From positions 2,283,395-2,347,394 of the forward strand of contig OZ260104.1 in assembly GCA_965284655.1 (NCBI GenBank): DNA of 64,000 bases, written 5' to 3'. Position 1 is the first letter of the stretch; each line of letters opens with the position of its first letter. This DNA comes from Oceanicaulis sp. (GTDB lineage: Bacteria; Pseudomonadota; Alphaproteobacteria; Caulobacterales; Maricaulaceae). Under the pieces are notes generated by a model, which did no database searches, had not been told where the DNA came from, and was given only the letters and a program-made list of their open reading frames with translations. Below are positions 37,357-46,780 of this stretch, in pieces. Both the position numbers and the translations under genes were made by a program.

Positions 37357-39129
37357 ATGTGCGGAATCGCCGGAGAGCTCCGCTTTGATGGTCAACGCCC
37401 GAACCTTGGCGCGCTGGACACAGCCGCGGCGCGTATGGCGCGGCGCGGGCCGGACGCGGCGGGGCTGCACGCGCAGGGCCCGGCGGCGTTCGCGCACCGC
37501 CGTCTGAAAATCATCGACCTCTCCGACGCCGCCCAGCAGCCCATGATCGACGCCGAGCTGGGCCTCGCGATCGTGTTCAACGGCTGCATCTATAATCACA
37601 AGGAGCTGCGCGCCGAGCTGGAGGCCAAGGGCTATCGCTTCTTCTCTCATGGCGACACCGAAGTGATCCTCAAGGCCTATCACGCCTGGGGCGAGGACTT
37701 CGTGCGGCGCCTGAACGGCATGTTCGCCTTCGCCATCACCGAGCGCGACTCCGGCCGGATGCTGCTGGGCCGTGACCGGCTGGGGATCAAGCCGCTCTAC
37801 TACGCCGAGACGAAGGGTGGTTTTCGCTTCGCCTCCAGCCTGCATGCGCTGACCTGCTTTGATGACGTGGACAAAAGCCTCGATGCTGACGCGCTGAGCT
37901 TCTACTTCAGCTTCCACGCCGTGGTCCCGCCGCCCTTCACCATGGTGAAGGGCGTGCGCAAGCTTCCCCCCGCGACGCTGATGCGCATCGAGCCGGACGG
38001 CGCGAAGAGCACGCGCCAGTACTGGGACATCACATTCGGACCGCTGGACCATGAGCGCGGCTATTCCCACGCCGACTGGAAGCGCCTGGTGGCCGATACG
38101 CTGCGCGCCGGGGTGAAGCGCCGCCTGGTCGCCGACGTGCCGGTGGGCGTGCTGCTCTCGGGTGGGCTGGACAGCTCACTGATCGTGGGTCTGCTGGCTG
38201 AAGCCGGGCAGAGCGACCTGTCCACCTTCTCCATCGGGTTTGAAAGCGTCGGCGAAGAGAAGGGCGACGAGTTCCAGTACTCCGATCTTGTGGCGAAACA
38301 TTTCGGCACCAACCACCACAAGATGGAGATCGACACCGACAGGGCGCTGCCGGCCCTTGATGAGGCCATCGCCGCCATGAGCGAGCCGATGACCAGCCAT
38401 GACTGCGTCGGTTTCTACCTGTTGAGCCAGGAAGTCTCAAAGCACGTAAAGGTTGTCCAGTCGGGGCAGGGCGCCGACGAGATCTTCGCAGGCTACCACT
38501 GGTATCCGCCCATGCTCGACGCCAATGATCCGCTGAAAGCCTATGAACAGGCCTTCTTTGACCGCGACCGCGCCGATATGGGCGAGCTGCTGCAGGACCG
38601 CTGGCTCAATGGCGACAAGCCCCGCGAGTTTGTCGCCGAACACTTCGCCCGGCCCGGCGCCGAGCGGCCCATCGACAAGGCGCTGCGCCTCGACACGCAG
38701 GTCATGCTGGTGGACGATCCGGTCAAGCGCGTGGACAACATGACCATGGCCTGGGGTCTGGAGGCGCGCGTGCCGTTTCTCGACCATGAGGTGGTGGAGG
38801 CCGCCGCCCGCGTACCCGCCGAAATGAAGACCGCCGAAGGCGGCAAAGGCATCCTGAAGGACGTGGCGCGCGACGTGATCCCGTCTGAGGTGATCGACCG
38901 TCCAAAAGGTTATTTCCCTGTCCCGGCGCTGAAATATTTGCGCGGTCCGTATCTGGAGAAGGTGCGCGACGTGGTGACGTCGAAACGCTTTGAGGAGGCC
39001 GGCGTTGTCAGGCGGGACTATGTTGACACGCTTTTGTCCGACCCCGAGGCTCACATCACGCCGCTGCGCGGATCGAAGCTCTATCAGATCGGGCTGCTCG
39101 CCCTCTGGATGGATACGCACGGGCTCTGA
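37357..39129 (+). CDS. asnO: N-acetylglutaminylglutamine amidotransferase (asparagine synthase family)
   Basis: N-terminal MCGIAGE nucleophile and PP-loop SGGLDSS. Its context with ngg and the M42 peptidase supports the call. Confidence 0.85.
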   Translation: MCGIAGELRFDGQRPNLGALDTAAARMARRGPDAAGLHAQGPAAFAHRRLKIIDLSDAAQQPMIDAELGLAIVFNGCIYNHKELRAELEAKGYRFFSHGDTEVILKAYHAWGEDFVRRLNGMFAFAITERDSGRMLLGRDRLGIKPLYYAETKGGFRFASSLHALTCFDDVDKSLDADALSFYFSFHAVVPPPFTMVKGVRKLPPATLMRIEPDGAKSTRQYWDITFGPLDHERGYSHADWKRLVADTLRAGVKRRLVADVPVGVLLSGGLDSSLIVGLLAEAGQSDLSTFSIGFESVGEEKGDEFQYSDLVAKHFGTNHHKMEIDTDRALPALDEAIAAMSEPMTSHDCVGFYLLSQEVSKHVKVVQSGQGADEIFAGYHWYPPMLDANDPLKAYEQAFFDRDRADMGELLQDRWLNGDKPREFVAEHFARPGAERPIDKALRLDTQVMLVDDPVKRVDNMTMAWGLEARVPFLDHEVVEAAARVPAEMKTAEGGKGILKDVARDVIPSEVIDRPKGYFPVPALKYLRGPYLEKVRDVVTSKRFEEAGVVRRDYVDTLLSDPEAHITPLRGSKLYQIGLLALWMDTHGL

Positions 39130-39143
39130 AAGGAGCGGCCGAC

Positions 39144-40919
39144 GTGAAGAATTCCGACCAACCCCGTAAAGCCATGAGCCACCGCCTCAAGCGGTTGCGC
39201 GAGCATGCGCTGAAGTCATCGGGGCCGCCGCGCAGCGATGTCCAGACCGAGGTCGAGATCGATGTCGGCTGGGGGCGGCTGATCTTCGCCCAGACCTTCG
39301 ATGACGCCGAGCGGCTGGTGAACGCGGTGCGCGACGAGAAGCGAGACAAGCGCGACATCGCCTTCTATGTGCGGGATCCCCATGTGGTGATGGCGGCCGC
39401 GCCCCAAGAGGTGTTTCTCGATCCCTCCCACACTTACCGGCTCGATCTGTCCATCTATCGCGGCTCCACCGATCAGCCGCAGGGATTCTTCATCCGCCGG
39501 CTGTGCTCTGAATCCGACGCTGAAGTGGTCAACACCATTTATGCGGCGCGCGGCATGGTTCCTGTAGACCCCACGTTCTTCTGGCGCCAGCGCGACTCGC
39601 GCACGCTCACCTTCCTGGTGGCCGAGGATGCGCGCACCGGACAGGTGCTGGGCGCCGTCACCGGCGTCGATCACACCCGCGCTTTTGACGATCCTGAACA
39701 TGGCGCGTCGCTCTGGTGTCTGGCGGTGGATCCGCGCGCGGCCCATCCCGGCCTTGGCGAAGCCCTGGTGCGCCGGCTGGCCGAGACCTTTCAGGCGCGC
39801 GGCTGCGCCTTCATGGATCTGTCGGTCCTGCACAATAACGAGAGCGCGATCCGGCTCTACGAGAAGCTGGGCTTCAAGCGCGCGCCTTTCTTCACGCTGA
39901 AGCGCAAGAACGTCATCAATGAGCGGCTTTTCATCGCGCCGCCGCCGGAGGAGGGGCTGAACGCCTACGCCCGCATCATTGTGGACGAGGCGCGCCGGCG
40001 CGGCATCGGCGTGGAGGTGCTGGACGCCGAGGGCGGCTTCTTCCGGCTCACCCATGGCGGGCGTTCGATCACCTGCCGCGAAAGCCTGTCGGAGCTGTCC
40101 AACGCGGTCGCCGTCAGCCGTTGTGACGACAAGGCCGTAACACGCCGGCTCATGGTGCGCGCCGGCGTTCCGGTGCCCGCCCAGATCTCCATCGACCCTT
40201 CAAGCGAGGACCTGTCGGAAGCGGACGCCTTCCTGGCTGAGCACGGCGCGGTTGTCGTCAAGCCGGCGCGCGGCGAGCAGGGGCGCGGCGTCACCGTTGG
40301 CGTCGACACGCCTGACGCGCTCCGCACCGCCTTCGAGGCGGCGCGCGGCGAGGGCGGCATGGTGCTTCTGGAGGAGTTCATCGAGGGCGATGATCTGCGC
40401 GTGGTCGTCATCAATGACAAGGTGGTTGCGGCGGCTTTACGCAAACCGCCCGAGATCACCGGCGACGGGCGCCGTTCGGTCCGAAAGCTGGTGGAGTCGC
40501 TGTCTCGCCGCCGCGCCGCGGCCACCGGCGGCGAGAGCCGGGTCCCCATCGACGCGGAGACCGAACGCTGCATCCGCTCTGAAGGCTATGACTGCGACAG
40601 CGTGCTGAAACATGGCGAGACGATCCGAGTACGCCGCACCGCCAACCTGCACACGGGCGGGTCCATGCATGATGTCACCGATATCCTGCATCCCGACATC
40701 ACGCACAGTGCGCGCGAAGCGGTGCGGGCGGTGGAAATTCCTGTCGCAGGCATAGATTTCATCGTCAAGGCGGCCAGCCGCTCTGACCATGTCTTCATCG
40801 AGGCCAATGAGCGGCCGGGCCTCGCCAATCACGAGCCGCAACCCACCGCGGAGCGGTTCATCGACCTGCTCTTCCCCCTTTCCATTCCCAGAAAATCTCA
40901 AACGGAGGCGACGGCGTGA
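39144..40919 (+). CDS. ngg: N-acetylglutaminylglutamine synthetase (GNAT + ATP-grasp fusion)
   Basis: GTG start 8 nt after AGGAG. GNAT-like N-terminal half and ATP-grasp C-terminal half (VVKPARGEQGRGV...). Conserved position after asnO. Confidence 0.8.
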   Translation: MKNSDQPRKAMSHRLKRLREHALKSSGPPRSDVQTEVEIDVGWGRLIFAQTFDDAERLVNAVRDEKRDKRDIAFYVRDPHVVMAAAPQEVFLDPSHTYRLDLSIYRGSTDQPQGFFIRRLCSESDAEVVNTIYAARGMVPVDPTFFWRQRDSRTLTFLVAEDARTGQVLGAVTGVDHTRAFDDPEHGASLWCLAVDPRAAHPGLGEALVRRLAETFQARGCAFMDLSVLHNNESAIRLYEKLGFKRAPFFTLKRKNVINERLFIAPPPEEGLNAYARIIVDEARRRGIGVEVLDAEGGFFRLTHGGRSITCRESLSELSNAVAVSRCDDKAVTRRLMVRAGVPVPAQISIDPSSEDLSEADAFLAEHGAVVVKPARGEQGRGVTVGVDTPDALRTAFEAARGEGGMVLLEEFIEGDDLRVVVINDKVVAAALRKPPEITGDGRRSVRKLVESLSRRRAAATGGESRVPIDAETERCIRSEGYDCDSVLKHGETIRVRRTANLHTGGSMHDVTDILHPDITHSAREAVRAVEIPVAGIDFIVKAASRSDHVFIEANERPGLANHEPQPTAERFIDLLFPLSIPRKSQTEATA

Positions 40920-42109
40920 GCGTGATCGACGACGGCTATATCAGGGACATGCTCAAGCGGCTTTTGGAGACGCCCAGCCCCACCGGATACACCGATGAGG
41001 TCACGCGCCTGTGCTGCGAAGAGCTGCAGAAACTCGGCGTGCCCTACGAGATCACACGGCGTGGCGCGATCCGCGCGCGCATTCAGGGCGGCCGGCGCCA
41101 GCCCGCGCGCGCCGTGGTCGCGCATATCGACACGCTGGGCGCCCAGGTCAAATGCATCAAGGAGAACGGCCGACTTGAGATCGTGCCCATCGGCCATTGG
41201 TCCTCGCGCTTCGCCGAGGGCGCGCGCGCGACCGTATTCACGGTCGATCACGGCGCGTTCCGCGGCACCATCCTGCCGCTGAAAGCCTCGGGGCATACCT
41301 TCAACGAGGAGATCGACACCCAGCCGGTGGCCTGGACGCAGGTGGAGTTCCGGCCCGACGTCGTGGCCGAAAGCGCCGAGGACCTTGAAGCGCTCGGCTT
41401 CAATATCGGGGATATCATCTCCATCGATCCCCAGCCGGAATTCATCGACAACGGCTTCATCGTCTCGCGCCATCTCGACGACAAGGCCGGCGTGGCCGCC
41501 ATGTTCGGCGCCATCAAGGCGATCGTGGAAAGCAAGGAACCGCTGGTGGTGGACACCTATTTCATCCTGTCCATCACCGAGGAGGTGGGGTCCGGCGCCA
41601 GCTCGATCCTTACAAGCGACATCGCCTCCATGGTCTCCATCGACAACGGCACCCAGGCGCCTGGTCAGAACAGCCGGGAGTTCGGGGTCACCGTGGCCAT
41701 GGCCGACCAGACAGGCCCGTTCGACTATCACCTGACCCAGAAGCTGCTGCGTCTGGCTCGCGAGGACGAGATCGAGCATCAGCGCGACGTGTTCCGCTAT
41801 TACCGCTCCGACAGCGCGTCGGCGATCGAGGCGGGCGCGGACGTGCGTACGGCGCTGATCTGTTTCGGTATCGACGCCAGCCACGGCTATGAGCGCATCC
41901 ACATGCACGCTCTGCATTCGGTCGCCCGCCTGGTGCGCAGCTATTGCTTCTCGCGCGTCGAAATCAACCATGACGCCGACGCCATGGGCGATCTGTCCGG
42001 CTTCACCCATCTGCCGATGGATCTGGCCAAGGAAGACAGCTGGGACGGCCGCGATGAAGCGCCGGAACGCCCGTCGGGCGAGGGCCATGCCGGTGGCGGC
42101 CAGGCCTGA
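40916..42109 (+). CDS. NAGGN-system M42-family peptidase-like protein
   Basis: GTGA overlap with ngg and GGAGG SD. M42/glutamyl-aminopeptidase-like sequence. It is the third gene of the known NAGGN cluster. Confidence 0.8.
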   Translation: MSVIDDGYIRDMLKRLLETPSPTGYTDEVTRLCCEELQKLGVPYEITRRGAIRARIQGGRRQPARAVVAHIDTLGAQVKCIKENGRLEIVPIGHWSSRFAEGARATVFTVDHGAFRGTILPLKASGHTFNEEIDTQPVAWTQVEFRPDVVAESAEDLEALGFNIGDIISIDPQPEFIDNGFIVSRHLDDKAGVAAMFGAIKAIVESKEPLVVDTYFILSITEEVGSGASSILTSDIASMVSIDNGTQAPGQNSREFGVTVAMADQTGPFDYHLTQKLLRLAREDEIEHQRDVFRYYRSDSASAIEAGADVRTALICFGIDASHGYERIHMHALHSVARLVRSYCFSRVEINHDADAMGDLSGFTHLPMDLAKEDSWDGRDEAPERPSGEGHAGGGQA

Positions 42110-42264
42110 CGATTGTGTTTTCGCTTCGCCTGCTGATTGAGAATATCCGGGTAACGCGCTGAAACGCTGAAGGTGTTCGCAAGGGCGCTATATCCGCGGG
42201 TCGTGTTGGCGCAGCGTCAGGGTTCGTGAAAAGCAGTTGACCGCGCACATTGCACATCCGCAGG

Positions 42265-42292
42265 CTTGTATCACTACGCTAACACGCTATAA
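42265..42292 (+). promoter_or_regulatory. candidate sigma70 promoter of the yerC-his operon (CTTGTA-N16-CTATAA)
   Basis: Resembles the alphaproteobacterial CTTGAC-N16/17-CTATAT pattern and lies about 28 nt upstream of the yerC ATG. Confidence 0.35.
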
Positions 42293-42319
42293 CGCCCTCC
42301 AGATCAAAAGGAGGCGGCC

Positions 42320-42652
42320 ATGGCGGCTGTGCAGATGGACAAGAATGCGCCGGACAAGGCGGGCGGACCTGCGGATATCGCCGCGCTCGCACGCGCCATG
42401 CTGACACTTAAGACCGAGGCCGAGGCGGAGCGCTTCCTGCGCGATCTCACCACGCCCGGTGAGCTGCAGGCTCTGGCTGAACGCTGGCGGGTCGCGCGCA
42501 TGCTCGACGCCGGCGGCAAGTCCTATCGCGACATCAGCGCCGAGACCGGGGTGAGCACCACCACGGTCACCCGCGTCGCCCGCTTCCTCGCGCAGGAAAA
42601 TTACAGGGGCTACCGCCTGGTGCTCGACCGATTGAAGGAGCCGCGCGCATGA
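42320..42652 (+). CDS. TrpR-like YerC/YecD-family protein
   Basis: 110 aa. LRDLTTPGELQALAERWRVARML...SYRDISAETGVSTTTVTRVARFL is the family signature. AAAGGAGG SD. Confidence 0.8.
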   Translation: MAAVQMDKNAPDKAGGPADIAALARAMLTLKTEAEAERFLRDLTTPGELQALAERWRVARMLDAGGKSYRDISAETGVSTTTVTRVARFLAQENYRGYRLVLDRLKEPRA

Positions 42653-43536
42653 GCGCACCGAGACTGATCCTCGCCGTCCAGAAGAAAGGCCGTCTCGCCG
42701 ATGGCGGGTTCGACCTGATCAAGCGCGCCGGCGTGAAGCTCGCCTATGGCCGCGACGAGCTCATGCGCCGCGCGGAGAACACGCCGCTGGACCTGATGCT
42801 GATCCGCGATGACGACATTCCAAACTTCGTGGCGTCCGGCGCCTGCGATTACGGCATCGTGGGCGAGAACGTGCTGTACGAGGCCCAGGCGAAAACCAGG
42901 CGCCTGGAAGGCATCGAGATCGCCATGAAGCTTGGCTTCGCGCGCTGCAAGCTCAAGCTCGCCAGCCCCAAGGACGGGCTCATCAAGCGGGTCGAGGACC
43001 TGCAGGGCAGGACGGTGGCCACCAGCTATCCCGGCCTCACCCGGAAGTTTCTCGCCGAGCGCGGTGTGGAGGCTGAAATGGTGGAGATGGGCGGAAGCGT
43101 CGAGGTCGCCCCGCGCATGGGGGTCGCCGATGCGATCTGCGACCTGGTGTCTTCCGGCGCCACGCTGGAGGCCAACGGCCTTGAAGCCTTCGAGACCGTG
43201 CTGGAAAGCGAGGCGGTGCTGATCAAGCGTCCGCAGGCGCGCGATCCGGAGGTGGAAAAAACCGCCGATACGCTGATTCAGCGCTTCAAGGGCGTCATCG
43301 CCTCGCGCCAAACCAAGTACATCCTGATGAACGCCCCCGCTGACCGACTGGACGAGGTGCGCGCAATCCTGCCGGGCAATGATGCGCCGACCGTGGCGCC
43401 GGTGGTGGGCCGCACCGACGTTGTCGCCGTCCATGCGGTGTGCACGGAAGAAGTCTTCTGGACCACGCTGGAGAAGCTCAAGAGTGTCGGCGCGCGCTCC
43501 ATTCTTGTCATGCCGATCGAAAAGATGATGGCCTGA
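42649..43536 (+). CDS. hisG: ATP phosphoribosyltransferase, long form
   Basis: 295 aa, with the C-terminal regulatory domain present. ATGA overlap with yerC. Confidence 0.9.
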   Translation: MSAPRLILAVQKKGRLADGGFDLIKRAGVKLAYGRDELMRRAENTPLDLMLIRDDDIPNFVASGACDYGIVGENVLYEAQAKTRRLEGIEIAMKLGFARCKLKLASPKDGLIKRVEDLQGRTVATSYPGLTRKFLAERGVEAEMVEMGGSVEVAPRMGVADAICDLVSSGATLEANGLEAFETVLESEAVLIKRPQARDPEVEKTADTLIQRFKGVIASRQTKYILMNAPADRLDEVRAILPGNDAPTVAPVVGRTDVVAVHAVCTEEVFWTTLEKLKSVGARSILVMPIEKMMA

Positions 43537-43538
43537 TC

Positions 43539-44840
43539 ATGTTGCAACGCATCTACTGGAACCGCACCAGCCCGGACGAGCGCGAACGACTTTTCATCCG
43601 GCCGTCGCTCTCCTCTGACGCGTTCGATGTCGCTCGCGGCATCCTCGCCGATGTGAGAAAGCGCGGCGAGAAGGCGGTGCGCGAATACGCCGAGCGCTTC
43701 GATCAATGGGCGCCCAAAGACGGCTTCCGCGTCCCGGCCGCAGAGCTCGCCGCCGCCGAGGCTGCGCTGGCTCCGCTCGACCGCAAGGCGATTCTGGACG
43801 CCGCCGAGGCTGTGCGCATTTTTCACGCGGCCCAGGGCTATCGCGATGTGGACGTGCAGACCTGGCCCGGCGCGCGCGCCCAGCGACGCTCCACGCCCAT
43901 TGATGTGGCGGGCCTTTACGTGCCGGCCGGCACCGCGCCGCTGGTCTCCACCCTGATCATGCTCGCCGTGCCCGCCCAGATCGCCGGCGTGCCGCGCATC
44001 GCCGTGATCGCGCCGCCGCGTAAAGGCGCGGGCGTAGAGCCCGCCGTGCTTGCCGCCGCAAAACTTCTGGGTGTTGAGGAAGTCTACGCCATTGGCGGCG
44101 CCCACGGAGTCGCCGCGCTCGGCTATGGCGTGGCCGGCCTGCCGCGCGCTGACAAGATCTTCGGTCCCGGCAACGCCTATGTCGCCGCCGCCAAGGCGCT
44201 GATGGCCCAGTCCGGCGGCGCAGCGGCGGACCTTCCCGCCGGCCCCAGCGAGGTGATGGTGGTCGCCGATGACGACGCCGACCCCGAATTCGTCGCGATC
44301 GATCTTCTCAGCCAGGCCGAGCACGATACGATGGCGCAGGTGGTGCTCGTTGCGTTTTCCGACGCCTTTGCAGACCGCGTGGAAGCCGAAACCGAGCGCC
44401 TGCTGGCCCAGCTGCCTCGCGCCGGAACCGCCCGCGCGGCGCTCTCCAATTCGCGCGCCGTGATCGTCGAGGACGAGGACGAGGCGGTGGAGGCGTGCGA
44501 CGCCTACGCCAGCGAGCACCTGATCGTGCAGACGCGCGATCCGCGCGCCTTCGCCGACCGGGTGCGCCACGCCGGCTCGATTTTCCTCGGGCCCTGGACT
44601 CCAGAAGCCGCCGGCGACTACGCCGCCGGTCCAAACCACGCCCTTCCCACTGCGGGCGGCGCGCGCGCCCATGGCGGCGTTACGGTGGAGATGTTTCAGA
44701 AGACCACGACGGTGCTGGAACTCACGCGCGAGGGCGCGCGTAGCATCGCTGATACCGTGGAGCGCCTGGCCGCGCTTGAGGGGCTGGACGCTCACCGTCT
44801 GGCCATGGCGCTGCGGCGCGGAAAGGCGCAAGACTCATGA
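43539..44840 (+). CDS. hisD: histidinol dehydrogenase
   Basis: ATG at 43539, 2 nt after the hisG stop. Typical HisD sequence (SQAEHD...). Confidence 0.9.
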   Translation: MLQRIYWNRTSPDERERLFIRPSLSSDAFDVARGILADVRKRGEKAVREYAERFDQWAPKDGFRVPAAELAAAEAALAPLDRKAILDAAEAVRIFHAAQGYRDVDVQTWPGARAQRRSTPIDVAGLYVPAGTAPLVSTLIMLAVPAQIAGVPRIAVIAPPRKGAGVEPAVLAAAKLLGVEEVYAIGGAHGVAALGYGVAGLPRADKIFGPGNAYVAAAKALMAQSGGAAADLPAGPSEVMVVADDDADPEFVAIDLLSQAEHDTMAQVVLVAFSDAFADRVEAETERLLAQLPRAGTARAALSNSRAVIVEDEDEAVEACDAYASEHLIVQTRDPRAFADRVRHAGSIFLGPWTPEAAGDYAAGPNHALPTAGGARAHGGVTVEMFQKTTTVLELTREGARSIADTVERLAALEGLDAHRLAMALRRGKAQDS

Positions 44841-46018
44841 GCGGATATCTTGATCTGTCCGGTGACGGAGAGCTTTCCGTCGCCGCGCTCGCCACCGATC
44901 TTGTGGAGCGCATCGGCGCAGTATGTGCGCTGGAGTCGGACCGCATCGCGCTGGCGTCTTCGCCGCGCGATGCACGCCGCGCGCTCGGCGCGGCCGGCTT
45001 CACCGATATCGCCGATCTTACGGCCCTTGGCCTGGCGGCGCTTGAGCGGGACCGTCCCGCAGCACCGAGCATTATCCGCCTGGGACCTGACGCAGCGCCG
45101 CTTTGCGCCGTGACGGGCTCCGGCGAAGAAATCCGGCGCGTCCTGCTTCAGCTCGCCACGCCGCCTCTGGTGCTTCTCAGGGCCGGGCTCGACGCCTTGA
45201 AGCCAGCCGCGCGCCTGGCGGAGAAGGCGGACCGCGCTGAGCGGGACAGGCTTCTCCTTCAAGCTGCGGATTTCCTGCGTGACCATGCCGATGTAGACGC
45301 CGCGCTTTGCGATGACGGCCTGCGCCTGACCGGCGATGTCGCGCCCCTTGGCCTCAAGCTGGAGGATGGCGGGGGAGCGGCGCTGGCTCATGTGCAAGAC
45401 GCACACACCGCCAAGGTTCTGCTCGATCATCTGGGCATGCGGCCTGCGACACGCAGCGCGGCGCTGCGCCGGTCCACCAAGGAAACCGACATCGCCGTCC
45501 GCGTCGATCTCGACGGGGAGGGCGCGAACGTCTCCACGGGCGTTCACTTCTTTGATCACATGCTCGAACAGATCGCCCGCCATGGCGGGATCGCTCTGGA
45601 TGTGGCGTGCGAGGGCGATGTTGAAGTGGATTCCCACCACACCATCGAGGATGTCTGCCTGGCCCTAGGTAAGGCCCTGCGCACTGCGCTCGGCGACAAA
45701 CGCGGCATTGCCCGCTTCGGGTTTGAAACTCCCATGGACGAGACCCGCGCCAGTGTCTGGATCGATCTGTCGGGCCGCCCGTTTGCGCGTTTTGACGGAA
45801 CGATCCCCGGCGAGCGCGTCGGCGATTTTCCGGTCGAAATGTGCGAGCACGCCTTCCGGTCTCTGGCCGAGACCATGAAGGCGGCGATCCACGTGAAGGT
45901 GGACGGCGAGAACGCGCATCACATGATCGAAAGCTGCTTCAAGAGCTTCGGCCGCGCCCTGCGCATGGCGAAAACCATCGAAGGCGATTCCCTGCCATCC
46001 ACCAAGGGGGTGCTTTAG
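44837..46018 (+). CDS. hisB: imidazoleglycerol-phosphate dehydratase with a ~200-aa non-canonical N-terminal extension
   Basis: The IGPD domain runs from about aa 207 (RRSTKETDIAV...SLPSTKGVL). The long frame starts by ATGA overlap with the hisD stop. An alternative stand-alone start is M201 (45437), which has no obvious SD. Confidence 0.8.
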   Translation: MSGYLDLSGDGELSVAALATDLVERIGAVCALESDRIALASSPRDARRALGAAGFTDIADLTALGLAALERDRPAAPSIIRLGPDAAPLCAVTGSGEEIRRVLLQLATPPLVLLRAGLDALKPAARLAEKADRAERDRLLLQAADFLRDHADVDAALCDDGLRLTGDVAPLGLKLEDGGGAALAHVQDAHTAKVLLDHLGMRPATRSAALRRSTKETDIAVRVDLDGEGANVSTGVHFFDHMLEQIARHGGIALDVACEGDVEVDSHHTIEDVCLALGKALRTALGDKRGIARFGFETPMDETRASVWIDLSGRPFARFDGTIPGERVGDFPVEMCEHAFRSLAETMKAAIHVKVDGENAHHMIESCFKSFGRALRMAKTIEGDSLPSTKGVL

Positions 46019-46042
46019 ACCCGAGCGCCAACGCCCCTTAGT

Positions 46043-46154
46043 CATCCCCCTTGATGGGGTCGCGGCGCCTGGGCTTTGGCGCGCGAAACTCCCGCTTCTC
46101 CACACCCTACCGACCCGGGGCTTCGCCCCGGCCCGCCCTCCCCATGAAGGGGAG
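46043..46154. repeat. cluster of G/C-run hairpins (REP-like) in the hisB-hisH spacer
   Basis: CATCCCCCTTGATGGGG at 46043..46060, CCGGGG-cttcg-CCCCGG at 46115..46131, and CTCCCC-atgaa-GGGGAG at 46138..46154. A related hairpin, CATCACCCTTGAGGGGGATG, is at 5362..5381. Confidence 0.35.
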
Positions 46155-46180
46155 AGACAAGCTGAGAAACCTGTCCTGGA

Positions 46181-46780
46181 ATGACCACAGCCATTATCGA
46201 CACCTCCACCGCCAATATCGCCTCGGTGCGCTACGCGCTCGAGCGCCTGCAGGCGCCCTATGTGCTGGCGCGCACGCCCGACGAGGCGGGCGCCTGCGAC
46301 CGGCTGATCCTGCCGGGCGTCGGCGCCGCAGGACCGGCCATGCACCGGCTTGAGCTGACCGGTTGGGCGGATGCGCTGCGCAGCGAGAGCCGGCCGCTCC
46401 TGGGCGTGTGCCTGGGCATGCAGCTATTGTTCGAGCACTCGGTGGAGAGCGATTGCGACTTGCTGGGCCTCATCCCCGGCCGCATCGAGAAACTTGACCC
46501 CGGCGAGGCGGGACCCTGGCCGCACATGGGCTGGAACACCCTGACCGATTTCGCCGACGGCGAGGTGCTGCTGGAGGGGATCAGCGAGCGCGAGCGGGTG
46601 TATTTCGTCCACGGCTTCTACGCACCGGTGGGCGATCACGCTGTGGCGCAAACGCGCTACGGGCCAGCGATCACCGCAATCGCGCGCAAGGGCCGGGTCG
46701 CCGGCTGTCAGTTTCATCCCGAGCGCTCGGCCGATGTGGGCGCGCGCATTCTGAAAAATTTCCTGGAGGCCGCGGCATGA
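46181..46780 (+). CDS. hisH: imidazole glycerol phosphate synthase, glutaminase subunit
   Basis: 199 aa. GVCLGMQ nucleophile motif and the HPE triad. Confidence 0.9.
   Translation: MTTAIIDTSTANIASVRYALERLQAPYVLARTPDEAGACDRLILPGVGAAGPAMHRLELTGWADALRSESRPLLGVCLGMQLLFEHSVESDCDLLGLIPGRIEKLDPGEAGPWPHMGWNTLTDFADGEVLLEGISERERVYFVHGFYAPVGDHAVAQTRYGPAITAIARKGRVAGCQFHPERSADVGARILKNFLEAAA

Noticed and set aside
42110-42319. Possible his attenuator/leader peptide upstream of the operon
   Set aside because: No run of His codons (CAC/CAT) and no leader ORF with terminator/antiterminator hairpins could be found. Only a candidate sigma70 promoter was seen.
40898-44831. Long minus-strand ORFs 40898..42088 (396 aa) and 43278..44831 (517 aa)
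   Set aside because: They are antisense to the M42 peptidase and to hisD, both of which are unmistakable. These are shadow ORFs.
46051-46353. 100-aa ORF in the hisB-hisH spacer
   Set aside because: It runs through the hairpin cluster and out of frame into hisH. It has no SD and a low-complexity translation.
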